Source: Eledone cirrhosa (Eukaryota). Taken from it: a stretch of 64,000 nt of DNA. The DNA is taken from the NCBI GenBank assembly GCA_964016885.1, contig OZ024749.1:55428001-55492000 (forward strand). Reading direction: 5' to 3'. Below, piece after piece: positions 43,500 to 57,085 of this stretch; positions within the stretch are counted from its first letter, which is position 1, and the number at the start of each line of letters is the position of its first letter. The notes below the pieces were generated by a model. The model saw only the letters and a list, made by a program, of their open reading frames with translations. It ran no database searches and was not told the DNA's origin. The position numbers were made by a program, and so were the translations under genes.

Positions 43500-43935
43500 A
43501 ATACACTAGGCTCAATTTAATCAACTTTCCCCTCCCCAACAATTGTTGGCCTTGTGCCTAAATCAGAAACCATAAATCCCGCCGGGGTTAACTTTGCCTT
43601 TCATCCTTACGGGGTCGATAAAATAAAGTACCAGTAATGTACTGGGTAATTGCTGGCCTTGTGCCAAAAGTAGAAACAATTATTATTATCATCATTATCA
43701 TCATCATCGTCATCATTAGGGCGGTGGATTAGCAGTATTAGTGAACCATCAGACATCTTGCTTTGTGGCATAAAGTTACAACCCTTTTTAGGTTCTAATT
43801 TCAAATCCTGCCAAGATTAGCTTTCCCTTTCACCCTCACAGGGTCAATAAAATAAAGTACCAGTAATGCACTGAGGTTGATATAATCAACTTACCCTTTC
43901 CCAAAGAATTGTTGAACTTGCGCCTAAATCAGAAA
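43500..43935 (+). mobile_element. Cluster of SINE family 1 copies and fragments
   Basis: Two to three head-to-tail copies of the same domain, opposite in orientation to the 35727 copy. Confidence 0.85.
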
Positions 43936-43936
43936 C

Positions 43937-43937
<1 letters not shown>

Positions 43938-43967
<30 letters not shown>

Positions 43968-44198
43968 TCATTTATCTTGCTTTATGTTCATACCAGTTAT
44001 GACCAAGTCCAGTGACCTCAAGAGACAAGGTCCGCCATGTTCAAGAAAGAACACATACATACAGACATGTATCTTTAGGTGTTTAGACTTGTGATGTATT
44101 TATATTGACAGAACCTTCCTTAGTATATGGACAGTTCCCATTAGTACTATCTTTCGTATTTCTTCTATATGTGGGTTTCCTGGGATTTGGGATAAGTA
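43938..44198 (-). mobile_element. R4/Dong-like (RLE) non-LTR retrotransposon 3' remnant
   Basis: IPGNPHIEEIRKIVLMGTVHILRKVLSI* resembles the QKxxLLGTxHILRKVL C-terminus. Ends in (TAA)n. Confidence 0.6.
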
Positions 44199-45857
44199 AT
44201 TATTATTTCTATTATTACTATTATCCTTATTCTCATCATAAGTATATTTCAGCACAATAGGAAGAGATAAGACCCCTGCTGCCACAAAATATAGATAACA
44301 CCACCACAACACAGGAAACTAGGCTACTAACATTCTTCCACAGAAAGATTATCTACCTAAATATTCCCAAGATCCTTGACACACACACATTATATATATA
44401 TGTGTGTGTGTGATATATATAACGAAAGAAATGTGGTAAGGAACCAGGTGGACCATAACGCACCAAAGTACTCAATACTTAGGGTAGTAGAGTGGGAAAT
44501 AGGAACAAGTATGACACCGACGGCAGAGCTCAAGCCGTTTCGACGGCTAATTCTGAGTCCAGAATTAGCTGTCGAAATGGCTTGAGCTCTGCCGTCGGGG
44601 TCATACTTGTTCCTATATATATATACACATATATATACACAAACAAACATATTTATTCACATATGATTTACACACTAGGTTCTGTATTACATGGTTTGAT
44701 ATTTACATGCATGTTCCTCTGTATTACTTGGTATGATTTACACATTTCTGTATTACACGGTTTGATTTAGACATTTTTTTGTGTTACACGATTTGATTTA
44801 CACACGTTTCTTTGTGTTACACAGTTTGATTTACACACATATTCTTGTGTGTTACATTGTAAGATTTACACATATTCTTGTAATACAAGGTATGATCTAC
44901 ACACGATTTACTCAAGGTAGAGCTGCTACTTCTCAGAAGTGAGAGATCACAACATTGAGCATGTGGTTAGAATATCTCAGGAATTATATCATTTGACAGT
45001 AAAATAACTGGCAGGGGTGACCCACGGTAGACCTACCTCCAGTAAGATGGTTTGGATAACATCCATGAGCTTGGTTGGTCTCACTTGGGGATACAGCTAG
45101 ATCAACTGGAGACATATCTGACAGGACCCACTGACAGGAGGGTTTAAGGACTGCCACCATGACTCTCCCAGAAATAAGTGGGGGAAAAAGACGAAGAAAG
45201 ATGAAGGTGAAGAAAACGAAAACGAAAATGAAGAAGATGAAGAAGTAAAAATGTTTTTTTCTTTTTTTTATCTTATTTTTCATGCCACCATTCTAATGCA
45301 ATGAAAGGAATCAGTAAAAGCCTTTCTTAGTGTTAGACTGGAATGTATTACCATCTGCTCTGGTTAGTATAAACATAATAAACATTGGCAGAGGAAATTC
45401 TTGGAGTTGTCTTATAATGTCAGTTCCTACACTGCCAGAATATATATGTGTGTGTGTGTTTATGCATTGTGGTGTGTGTGAGTGTGTGAGTATGTGGTGT
45501 ATGAGTTTAAGTGTGGTGTGTGTGTATATGCGATATGTGTGTGAGTGTGGTGTGTATGAGTGCAGTGTGTGTGTGTATGCATGTGTGCGTATTTCAATAA
45601 AAGGGGTAATTCTAATCCCTACCAATTTGAGAAAACCTAAATCTTAAGGTCCCCAGGTAAACTGATAAAGCTAGTCCTTAGCAACGAGAACAAATCTCAA
45701 CAGAATCTCTACCTCTTCACCTCACCTGCTAGAAATAGCAACCAAATCAAACCTTACACAGTACAGTATAATTTATATATAAACATATACACACAGACAC
45801 ACACACACAATACAGTAAAGTACAGTATATACATCAACACACAGTACAGTAGTAGTG

Positions 45858-46970
45858 GGAGGTGTGGGTGGTGGTATGGGAGGTGTGGTGGTGGTATGGG
45901 AGGTGTGGTGGTGGTATGGGAGGTGTGGTGGTGGTATGGGAGGTGTGGTGGTGGTATGGGAGGTGTGGTGGTGGTATGGGAGGCGTGGGTGGTGGATCAT
46001 ATGCAGAAGCCTTCTTGTTCTAACAAAACAATAAATTTACAATAACACACATACACACATAGAAGTCAACACATACACACACATAGGAGTCAACACATAC
46101 ACACACATAGGAGTCAACACATACACACACATAGGAGTCAACACATACACACACATAGGAGTCAACACATACACACACATAGATGTCAACACATACACAC
46201 ACCCCACCTCTATTCTGGTCAATCCCCCCCCCCACCTCATAGTTATAACAACATGTTGAACAGGAGGGTTAAGTAACAGATGTGTGGTGTGGTGTAGTGG
46301 TGTGGTGTAGTAGTGTGGTGTAGTGGTGTGGTGTGGTGTTGTGGTGTGGTGTGGTGTGGTGGTGTGGTGTGGTGTGGTGGTGTGGTGTGGTGTAGTAGTG
46401 TGGTGTAGTGGTGTGGTGTGGTGTAGTGGTGTGGTGTAGCGGTGTGGTGTGGTGGTGTGGTGGAGTGTGGTGTAGTGGTGTGGTGTGGTGTAACGGTGTG
46501 GTGTGGTGGTTTGGTGGAGTGGTGTAGTGTGGTGTAGTGTTGTGTAGTGGTGTGGTGTAGTGTGGTGTGGTGTAGCGTGGTGGAGTGGTGCGGTGTAGAG
46601 GCGGTGTGGTGTAGTGGTGTAGTAGTGGTGTAGTGGTGGCGGAGTGGTGGTGTGGTGTGATGGTGTGGTGGTGTGGTGTGGTGGTGTGGTGTGATGGTTT
46701 GGTATGGTGTGGTGTGGTGTAGTGGTGGTGTGGTGTAGTGGTGTGGTGTGGTGGTGTGGTGCAGCCACCATCACCACCACTACAGCCACCATCACCACCA
46801 CTGCAGCCACCATCACAACTACCACCACCACAACTACCACCACCACCACCTTCACCACCACAACTACCACCACCATCACAACTACCACCACCAAGAGAAG
46901 GGAAGCAGGTGGGAACTTTAAATGATCTAGCACCACCACCACCACTATCATCATCATCATCATCATCATG
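45858..46970. repeat. Adjacent 20-bp, 24-bp, (GTGTG)n and (ACC)n repeats
   Basis: aggtgtggtggtggtatggg x~6, then acacacataggagtcaacacatac x~6, then a GT-rich tract abutting an ACC tract. Confidence 0.85.
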
Positions 46971-47139
46971 AAGACTACCACCCACCGGAGTCTTATGATA
47001 TCATTAAATGCCACATCAGTGTAGATGTGTGTATATAGACAAATCTATGACACATCTGTATATGTATATATATATATACACACACAGTGTGTACATCTGT
47101 ATATATATATATATATATGTGTGTAATAGTAATATATAC

Positions 47140-47435
47140 GAACGGCAAAGCATAAATGAGGCTGAGCATAAGAGGAATCAAATGCTGTGTGCAGGAGAGG
47201 CGGTTGCGTTGGTATGGACATGTGATGCGTATGAGGGATGACAGCTGCATAAAAAGGTGCAGAGCACTAGAAGTCGTTGGAAACCGCGGAGTGGGGAGAC
47301 CCAAGATGACCTGGGATGAGGTGATAAAAGCTGACCTTACCCAATTACACCTCTCAAAGGCGATGACACACGACCGTGACCTCTGGCGTCAAGCAGTAAT
47401 ACAGAGTACCCAACCTCCCATGGGTACAAGCTGAA
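47140..47435 (+). mobile_element. RTE-clade LINE 3' fragment
   Basis: ERRLRWYGHVMRM...RGVGRPKMTWDEVIKADL...DRDLWR, a typical RTE ORF C-terminus. Confidence 0.85.
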
Positions 47436-48083
47436 GCATATAGACAATATGCTCCCACATCCTTCCACTGCAAAGTGGTCATAGAGGTGCTACGGCAAAC
47501 AAGCACCCAGCCCACACTGTAAATGAGGTTGGTGTTAGGAAGGGCATCCAGTTGTAGAAATCAAGCCAAAATCAGTTCCTGTATGAGCAAGGTATGGTCA
47601 GCCGACCAGACACTGCCCACAACAGGACAACCCGTCTAACCAATGCTAGCATGGAAGAACTGACGTAAAACGGTTATGATGATGATTATATATATATATA
47701 TATATATCATCATCATTTTAAATCCGCTTTTCCCTGCTTGCAAGGGTGGGGCGGGAACTGATACTGGCTTGATTTCTACAGCTGGATGCCCTTCCTAACA
47801 CCAACCTCATTTACAGTGAGTGGTGGGTGCTTTTGTTTGCCATGGCACCTCCACGACCACTTTGCTGTGGAATGATAGGGACCCCAGTCCTTATTATCTC
47901 ATTTCTACAGCTGAGTAAACTGGAACAATATGAAATAAAGTCTCTTGCTCAAGGAAACAATGTGTGTATATATATATATATATACACACAGTGTGTATAT
48001 CTGTGTGTGTGTTTAAAGCAATATCAATTAGTTACAAGTAAATTGTATTGCGTGAGAAATACAAATGCATTGCTCTGTAGCAC

Positions 48084-48127
<44 letters not shown>

Positions 48128-48187
48128 CATATATATACACACACAGTATGCATATATATATACACACGTGTTTAAAGCAATGTGAAT

Positions 48188-48237
<50 letters not shown>

Positions 48238-48486
48238 TATATCTGAGAGTTTGACAGATGGATTTAATTTCTTAATCTAACAGTCCAGTAAAGGCAGTGA
48301 AGGGTATTGAACCCCATACCTCTATTCTTCCTATATTAAACACTGTACTATTTACATCCCATTGGAGTCCCATTCTCCCTTCTCTCTCTTCTAAATTAGA
48401 TTTAAATATGTTGGAAATAGAAACACATTTAGCCAGTGTGTGACTTCTTAACACTGGCTTCTTTGTCTTTCATGTTGGGTGTGTGC

Positions 48487-48529
<43 letters not shown>

Positions 48530-48574
48530 AAGAAAATGCGAAGTAATTTCAGATGTTACAATCCTTTATTGATA

Positions 48575-48653
48575 AAGCCATGATACATATTTCAATGGTG
48601 TCAGTGGCCCCGCAATTCCGTGTACCCAGTGCCATGATCACATCAGACAGCTT
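48575..48653 (-). ncRNA. Hammerhead motif with variant core (CUGAUGU)
   Basis: aagctgt-CTGATGT...GAAA-tatgta-TC-atggctt. 7-bp helix I, AATAAA downstream, same family as 12102. Confidence 0.55.
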
Positions 48654-48894
48654 CCTACATAAAAAGGTTATGTTCTCGAGGCCATCCAAGTTGAAGCGAC
48701 AAACACTTTTGATTCTGTCTGAGAATTATATTAATACATAAAGAACAGAATTGTCTGTGGAATACTCAACCACTTAAATAAATATTTCAAAAGATCAAGA
48801 GATGTGATGGAGAAAAATTAGACGGAGTTGATCTGGAAAGTGGAGCGTGAAGTAATGTGAGGGTGGGAGAGCAAGATATGAAGGGGTGGTGTAA

Positions 48895-49902
48895 CCCTTT
48901 AGCAAATAAAACAGCTTTATCTGGCCAGAATTCTCTTACATCTTTCTGTTGAAACTGGCTATAACCGGCCACTCATACTGATGTTAAGGTATTGTTCTCA
49001 AAATAAATAATATCAAAATCTCATAGACTCAAAATTATGAGAGATATTATGTGAGGTAAAGCCTTTACTGTGACAATACGATAGTATATATAGAGTAATG
49101 TAAATGGTATGCGAGATATTATGTGAGGTAAAGCCTTTACTGTGAAAATACAATAGTATATATAGAGTAATGTAAATGGTATGTGAGATATTATGTGAGG
49201 TAAAGCCTTTACTGTGACAATACAATAGTATATGTAGAGTAATGTAAATGTTATGTGAGATTATGTGAGGTAAAGCCTTTACTGTGACAATACAATAGTA
49301 TATGTAGAGTAATGTAAATGGTATGCGAGATATTATGTGAGGTAAAGCCTTTACTGTGAAAATACAATAGTATATGTAGAGTAATGTAAATGGTATGTGA
49401 GATATTATGTGAGGTAAAGCCTTTACTGTGACAGTACAATAGTATATGTACAGTAATGTAAATATTATGTGAGATTATGTGAGGTAAAGCCTTTACTGTG
49501 AAAATACAATAGTATATGTAGAGTAATGTAAATGTTATGTGAGATATTATGTGAGGTAAAGCCTTTACTGTGAAAATACAATAGTATATATAGAGTAATG
49601 TAAATGTTATGCGAGATATTATGTGAGGTAAAGCGTTTACTGTGACAATACAATAGTATATATAGAGTAATGTAAATGGTATGCGAGATATTATGTGAGG
49701 TAAAGCGTTTACTGTGACAATACAATAGTATATATAGAGTAATGTAAATGGTATGCGAGATATTATGTGAGGTAAAGCGTTTACTGTGACAATACAATAG
49801 TATATATAGAGTAATGTAAATGGTATGCGAGATATTATGTGAGGTAAAGCGTTTACTGTGACAATACAATAGTATATATAGAGTAATGTAAATGGTAAAG
49901 GG
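48895..49902. mobile_element. piggyBac-type MITE with internal ~72-bp tandem expansion (~12 copies)
   Basis: Same termini. Unit gagatattatgtgaggtaaagcctttactgtgacaatacaatagtatatatagagtaatgtaaatggtatgc repeated over about 49040-49895. Confidence 0.8.
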
Positions 49903-50045
49903 TTAAGTGATGAGGGAGCAGAATGGTGGGTACTGCTTTCTTACCCCACCCTCCTAAAGACCCTAGCAAACATAAATACAGAAAAGGTAATACGTGTCAT
50001 AAACCATCTGGAAGTATCTCATGATAGTGTAAGAGTGTGTGAGAG

Positions 50046-50095
<50 letters not shown>

Positions 50096-51056
50096 AGTGA
50101 GCATGTGTGTGTGTGTGTGTGTGAGTGTGAGTGAGCATGTGTGCGTGTGTGTGTGTGTGAGAGTGAGCATGTGTGTGTGTGAGAGTGACCATGTGTGTGT
50201 GAGTAAGCATGAGGACATATAGTTGAGTGTGTGTGCGTGTGTATGTGTATGCATGTGAACACGTAGTTGAGTGTGTGTGTGAGTGAGCATGTGAACACAT
50301 AGTTGAGTGTGTGTGTCAGTGAGCATGAGGACACATAGTTATGTGTGTGTATGTGTGTGTATGTGAGTGTGTGCATATGTAAATACACACACCATCTGTC
50401 ACATGAAGCCAATCTAAAACCAAACAAATCTAGTCTTCAGCTACATTCAAACATTCATGTGTATGTCCCCCCCCCCCACCGTGTGTGTGTGTGTCTGTGT
50501 TTCTGTGTGTGTATGTGTCCCCATGTCCACGTGTGAATAGGTGCCCCCCCCCACGTGTTCATGTGTGTATGTAGAAATATATTGCATGAAAACACACACA
50601 CACACACATATATATATATACATATATGTATATATATATATACCCATATACATACATACATACATACATACAGAAACATTTGAGAGCAGAATAGAAGTGG
50701 TTACGGTCTGCATTAATGCATTATTATGTAGATTATTATGTAATTATATACAACATTATGTTGATTGTAGATTACAGGTGTATAGAATAGGAATAACTGA
50801 TTTATACACACACACATCATTATCACCGTTTTACGTCCGTTCTTCCATGCTAGCATGGGTTAGACGGGTTGTCCCGTTGTGGGCAGTGTCTGGTCGGCTG
50901 ACCATGCCTTGCTCATACTGGAACTGATTCTGGCTTGATTTCTACAGCTGGATGCCCTTCCTAACACCAACCTCATTTACAGTGAGTGCTGGGTGCTTTT
51001 TTCTGTGGCTCCTACACGTCCACTTTACAGTATATATATACATATACACAAAAACA

Positions 51057-51108
<52 letters not shown>

Positions 51109-52301
51109 TCCAGACCCATGCTCGCGTGGAAGATGGACGTTAAACGATGATGATGACACAAACATATAATATATATATAAACCAGAGCTCCTTGTTAGCC
51201 TATTGGGAATTTCCAGCACTTTCACATCCACACAGCGATAACGATGATGTATGAGTCTGTCCAACAGAGATCAATAAAATGTGTGCTAGTCTTGAAATAT
51301 TATGTACTAGAGTTAATTTGATCGACTAAACTCTTAAAGAAGACAACCTGCCTCTGTCAATGTCTAACTAAAACCTGTAAAAGAATTTAAAAAGTATTAA
51401 TTTTATGAAACATAATTTTATATATGTATTTATTTGTGTATTTTCTATAATTACATCTAGATATAAATATTAAATAGGTTTTTACCTCTTTAAAGAGGAG
51501 ATTAACAATTTGACGAATTATAATCTTAGAATTTTGATGTTTGTAAACAAAGTCTTATGATTTTAGTAAGATTACATTATGGATTTGTGTTTCACCTTAG
51601 TGTTACATTTATATTAAATAAGGGATCGGCAACAGGTAGGTCATTGAAGGATCCTCTGTGAGTCCTGGACATTTTCCTTTTTTTACAGGTAAGATATATA
51701 TATATATAGAGATATAACATAATATATATTGGTATTAAAAAAACTACAAATGACAAAATAATAAAAAGTAAGCTACTACAACAAAGTTGTTGGTCTGTCT
51801 TATATAAATGTTACCTGAAAAGGACTTTATTAACATTTGTCCATTTTGTTAAGAATATTTAATTGGGCTTTCATAATACAGGTAGTCTTACCTACTTTTT
51901 AAAGGTTATTAGGAGATATAGTATTAAAAGTCTCTAGCATTCTGATTGTATCACAATTAAAGAGATTCATGTGATATCTTAAAGTTTGATTGATTGATCA
52001 AATTGATTGACAAGATCCCAGACATAATTTGCTGAGTGAGGTAATTATGGTATAAGGTGTTGTTTGAACTGTGAACCACAAGTGATTCATTTCAAATCTC
52101 ACTACTAAAGAGGAGGGGGCAAAAAGATTCCAGTTCTCATTTGCTTACTGAGCAAGGTGGAACTCATTAAATCGGACCAAGGAAACAATGTTTCCATTGG
52201 TCTACTCATTGCTGATACTATCTACTAGTCACAACTCCTGGTAGAGTTAGCAGGAGATAATTTGATAAGATTCTGAGAACAGCAAGTTGTCCAAAGTTTA
52301 A

Positions 52302-52509
52302 CCCTTTAGCATTTAAACCGACCATATCCAGCCAGAGTTCTCTCATCTCTTTCTGTTCAAACCAGCTGTAACTAGCCACTCATACTGATGTTAAGGTATC
52401 GTTCTCAAAATATGTAACATCAAAATCTCATAGATTCGATATTATGTGAGATAAAATATTTCCCATGACAATACAATAGTATATATAGAATAATGTAAAT
52501 GGTAAAGGG
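52302..52509. mobile_element. piggyBac-type MITE
   Basis: TTAA|CCCTTTAGCATTTA ... TAAATGGTAAAGGG|TTAA; 208 bp. Confidence 0.8.
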
Positions 52510-52618
52510 TTAAGGGGGTTTTCGAAAACATGTGGTCTTACCAATTTTGGTAATAAATGGAAAAAATGTTTACACACAGCACAGTATGTATAGATATATA
52601 TATATACACATATATACA

Positions 52619-52673
<55 letters not shown>

Positions 52674-52750
52674 TATATACATACACACGCACACTATATA
52701 TATATATATATATATACGTTAAACGAAGATGATGATTTATACACACACAC

Positions 52751-52795
<45 letters not shown>

Positions 52796-52799
<4 letters not shown>

Positions 52800-53070
52800 G
52801 GGATAAGTTGTGGTGTGCAGGAGAAAAGACTGAGATAGTATGGGCATGTGATGCGCATGGAGGATAACCGCTGGGTAAAGAAGTGCCAAGAAATCCCAGT
52901 AGAGGAAGACCATGGAAGAACATGAGCGGAGGTGGTGAGAGCAGACCTCAGATCACTGAAGCTCACTGAGGAGATGATGAAGGACCATGACAAGTGGAGA
53001 GATGCTGTGCTGGATAGGTCCCGTCCCGCCCTTGCAAGAAGGGAAAAGCGGACGTAAAATGATGATGATG
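52796..53070 (+). mobile_element. RTE-clade LINE 3' fragment with (GAT)n tail
   Basis: [21 protein letters not shown]...GRP, with an in-frame stop. Ends in gatgatgatg. Confidence 0.8.
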
Positions 53071-54404
53071 ACACACACACATATTTATAAACACACACAT
53101 CATATATATATATATATATATATACACCCACATTATTTATGTGTATATGTGTGTGTATATATATACAGACACTAGTACCAATCCCACCCTGATAACTTTG
53201 CAGAGAAAGCAATGTGTTGCCAGAGTTTTATTAATAGTGATCAGCCTGCTTCTAGCATGTATGCAATTTGCTATTTTAGGCTTTTCTTTCAGGAAGAGAT
53301 GCTAAAAGAGACAGAGAAGAAAGCGAGTGTAAGAGAGGGAGGGAGATGGGAGGGAAGTGGGGGGGAGCCGGAAGAAGAAGAAGAGGTGACTGAATCATCA
53401 TGCTGGAAAATACTGACTTAATTAGGATTGTAAACAGTTTCTTTCATTTTCTTTTTCTTTCTTTTCTCATCTCTCTGCCTTTCTCTTTCAAAGAAAAATC
53501 TACTAAGGATCTACTTGAGTTTAGAAGTGTGGGTAAGGTGTAGCAGAGTGTTGAGGCGGCAGAGTCTAGAGGGTTGTGGAATTGTGTGGAGGGAGTTAGA
53601 GACCACAAAACAATATCAAAAGAAAAAGAGAATAACAGACAAACATTGAAACAAAAGAAACAAAAAAAAATGTCTGTAACCAGAGTGAAATAGAGGGTGG
53701 ATGGTGGGTGGATGCAGGGTGGGTGGAATAAGGAAGGAAGGAATAGAAGAAAGTAGAACCGAGACGAGACGGAAGTTGAGAGAATTCAAAGGGAAGTCTG
53801 CTACTAATAATCTAAGAGGGAAAAATATAGTAAATGAAGGAAATGGTGAGAGACAAACACAAAAAAACAATTGTTACATATATACATACATATACATATT
53901 GTAACAACACACACACATATACATAATGTACATGTGAGTGTGTGTGACAGAGAGAGGGAGGGGGAGAAAGGAGAGAGAGGAAAGGGGAGGGGGAGAAGGG
54001 AGAGAGGGGAAAGGGGAGGGGGAGAAGGGAGGGAGAGGAAAGGGGGGGAGAAGGGAGAGAGAGAGAGAGGAAAGGGGAGGGGAGAAGGGAGAGAGAGAGA
54101 GAGGAAAGGGGAGGGGGAAAAGGGAGAGAGAGAGAGAGCGAGAGAGAGATAATGAAGGAATGCAACAATTTGGTAGATGGTGCACTATGACCCATCTAAC
54201 TCATATGGAAAGAGACAGACATGTATATATATAAATCAGGAGTGGCACCTCCAGAGTGAACCTGTCTATAGAATTCTTTCTGCCTTTGTTATTCTAAATA
54301 TAGTTTTTAAAGAATTCCCATTTCTTTAAACCCATCAACCAATGACCTCCACCCTCTCCTACCACCAGAAAAGATATAAATACTACCATATTACTTGGAC
54401 AGTT

Positions 54405-54455
54405 GGCTTCCTGATGATTTCTCCAAAATGAAACAGTTCTAGTCTTGTAGAAGCC
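54405..54455 (+). ncRNA. Type-I hammerhead ribozyme motif
   Basis: ggcttc-CTGATGA-tttctccaaaat-GAAA-cag ttctagtc ttg-TA-gaagcc. Perfect 6-bp helix I. Same family as 28834 and a truncated copy near 60232. Confidence 0.8.
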
Positions 54456-54795
54456 TTTCTATATTAAATATAGGTAAAGACCCTTTGGTCATGAATGACC
54501 ATGGGATTTGTAGCTAGAAAGTTTCCCTTCCAAGGCACAAGTCCGAGCAAGTTTATTTCTGGAAGACTAGCAGTCACCCCTACATACCGGTCTGCCTTCT
54601 CCATGCCATCGATGGAAAGGTTAAGGCTTTTAGAAAATTAAGGGAATTCCTTGGTAGAGTAAGTTAAATTTGAAAAAAGAGGAAGAATGACTGGTGGTTG
54701 ATGTTCTGAAATATTTCAAATCTTTACAATAAGTTGTTACTGATAAGATAGTAGTAGGAAAGAAACTCCCTATTTAAAAGTGTTAATAACATTAA

Positions 54796-55005
54796 CCCTT
54801 TAATGTTCAAACCGGCCAGAATTCTCTATCTCTTTCTGTTGAAACTGGCTGTAACTGGTCGCTCAAACTGATGTTAAGGTATTGTTCTCAAAATAAATAC
54901 TTTCAAAATCTCATAGATTCGATATTATGGGAGATAAATATGCGAGGTAAAGCCTTTACCATGAACATATAATAGTATATATAGAGTAATGTGAATGCTA
55001 AAGGG
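54796..55005. mobile_element. piggyBac-type MITE, same family
   Basis: TTAA|CCCTTTA ... TAAAGGG|TTAA; interior is homologous to the 52302 copy. Confidence 0.8.
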
Positions 55006-56089
55006 TTAATTATTGGTCAATTTTCATAAAACCTGATTTATTTTGAACAGAATAATGGTAGAAGTTCAGTATAGTGTTAACATTCTATGTAACCCCACCC
55101 CACCAGTGTTGTGAAAATACAATTATAAATGTATGTATATAAGTGCGTTAAGTTTAATTTCGTGATACACACCCACACTTACAATATACACACTGATTTC
55201 ACCACACACACACACTTACAATATACACACACTGATTTCACCACACACACACACACACAATATATACCTCTTCCACACACTCAGCTATATGTATGCCAAC
55301 CCACTAATGACATCACCACAACCAACATCACCAGCACCCCCACCAATATCACCACCACCAACATCACCAACACCATAACATCAACACTAACATTATCATC
55401 AACAACAATAACACCACCACCATCATCAACAACACCTGTTAGATATGTAGTGTATGTGTGTGTGTGTGGGGGGGGGGGGGGTAATGGACAGACTGACAGA
55501 TAGACAAGAGACAGATTGAAATAGATAGATACATAGACAGACAGACAGAAGTTAATCCCTTCTACAGTTAAGCTAGCAATCCAGTAAGCAGGTCAACATA
55601 TCTGTGTGACACACCCTTTGCAGATGGTTATAATCCACAGACACTGCCACCACCACCACCACCTCTTCAACCAACACCACCATCACCTGCCCCAATACTA
55701 TTACCACCACCAACACCACTACCACCAGCCCCACCACTACCTCTACTACCACCACCATCACCCCTATCACCCCCATCAACACCAACTCCAACACCACCAC
55801 TAATAATAATGAGGTTAACAGCTACCATCATCATCATCACTATAGATGAAGCTACAAGTCACAACTATTCAACAATAAGCCATAGAGATTTAAAAAATAA
55901 ATAACAATAATATTTTAAACAATAAAAATCAGACAGACTTATTAGTGGTAGCAGGAAGACTAGTAGCAATAACTACTACTACTGTTAATACTAGAGGTGA
56001 AGGGTATAGACTTGTGTAGAGGGTCATTAGAAAGTCTATTATGCAATTTTAAATTTGTATTATAGATCTGATACAATATATATCATATT

Positions 56090-56272
56090 ATTGGCAGTAT
56101 CGGTAGAGGGTAGGACGCCATGCTTTGTAGCACAGTTACGTCCCTTTACGGACTGAGTTCAAATCCCGCCGAGGTTAACTTTGCCTTTCATCCTTACGGG
56201 GTCGATGAAATAAAGTACCAGTAATACACTGGGATAATTGCTGGCCTTGTGTCAAAAGTAGAAACAATTATT
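56090..56272 (+). mobile_element. SINE family 1 copy
   Basis: tggcagtatcgg A-box-like motif, gagttcaaatcc B-box, same central domain. Confidence 0.85.
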
Positions 56273-56340
56273 ATCATCAGTCTCTATACAAATGTCCGTG
56301 TATTTGTGCTCGGATAAATGGTGCTAAATCGAAACCATTC

Positions 56341-57085
56341 AGAGAGTCACTCCAGGTAGAGCCATTACTTCTCTGAACTGAGAGATCACAGCTCTGATAA
56401 TATGGACATGTGGTTAGAATGTCTCAGGAAAGAATCACTGGAGAGATTTATTGCTCAAAGATCAGAGTCACTCCAGGTAGAGTTGCTACTTCTCTGAATT
56501 GAGAGAGTCACTCCAGGTAGAGTTGCTACTTCTCTGAATTGAGAGAGTCACTCCAGGTAGAGTTGCTACTTCTCTGAATTGAGAGAGTCACTCCAGGTAG
56601 AGTTGCTACTTCTCTGAATTGAGAGAGTCACTCCAGGTAGAGTTGCTACTTCTCTGAATTGAGAGAGTCACTCCAGGTAGAGTTGCTACTTCTCTGAATT
56701 GAGAGAGTCACTCCAGGTAGAGTTGCTACTTCTCTGAATTGAGAGAGTCACTCCAGGTAGAGTTGCTACTTCTCTGAATTGAGAGAGTCACTCCAGGTAG
56801 AGTTGCTACTTCTCTGAATTGAGAGAGTCACTCCAGGTAGAGCCATTACTTATCTGAACTGAGAGATCACAGCTCTGATACTATGGACATGTGGTTAGAA
56901 TGTCCCAGGAAGGAAACCCTGGACAGATTTTAAGGGCAAAACCAACCAGCAAGAGACTCGGGGATAACATCCATGAAGTCGGTTGGTCTCGCTTGGGGAA
57001 CTAGCCGGATCAGTTGGAGATGGTTGCTCCTGAAAGGACCTGCTGGAAGGAGTATTTGAGGACTCTTCCCCCACAACCCTGGGTA
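56341..57085 (+). repeat. Interspersed repeat containing a 40-bp tandem array (~10 copies)
   Basis: Unit gagagagtcactccaggtagagttgctacttctctgaatt over 56464-56865. Related non-expanded copies near 44910-45160 (+) and 5960-6190 (-). Confidence 0.85.

Noticed and set aside
53293-53385. Plus-strand exon-like segment (ttttctttcag|EEMLKETEKK...EEEEE|gtgact)
   Set aside because: Purine-rich low-complexity sequence with no partner exons or recognisable homology.
56464-56865. 40-bp repeats as a CRISPR array
   Set aside because: The repeats are contiguous with no spacers.
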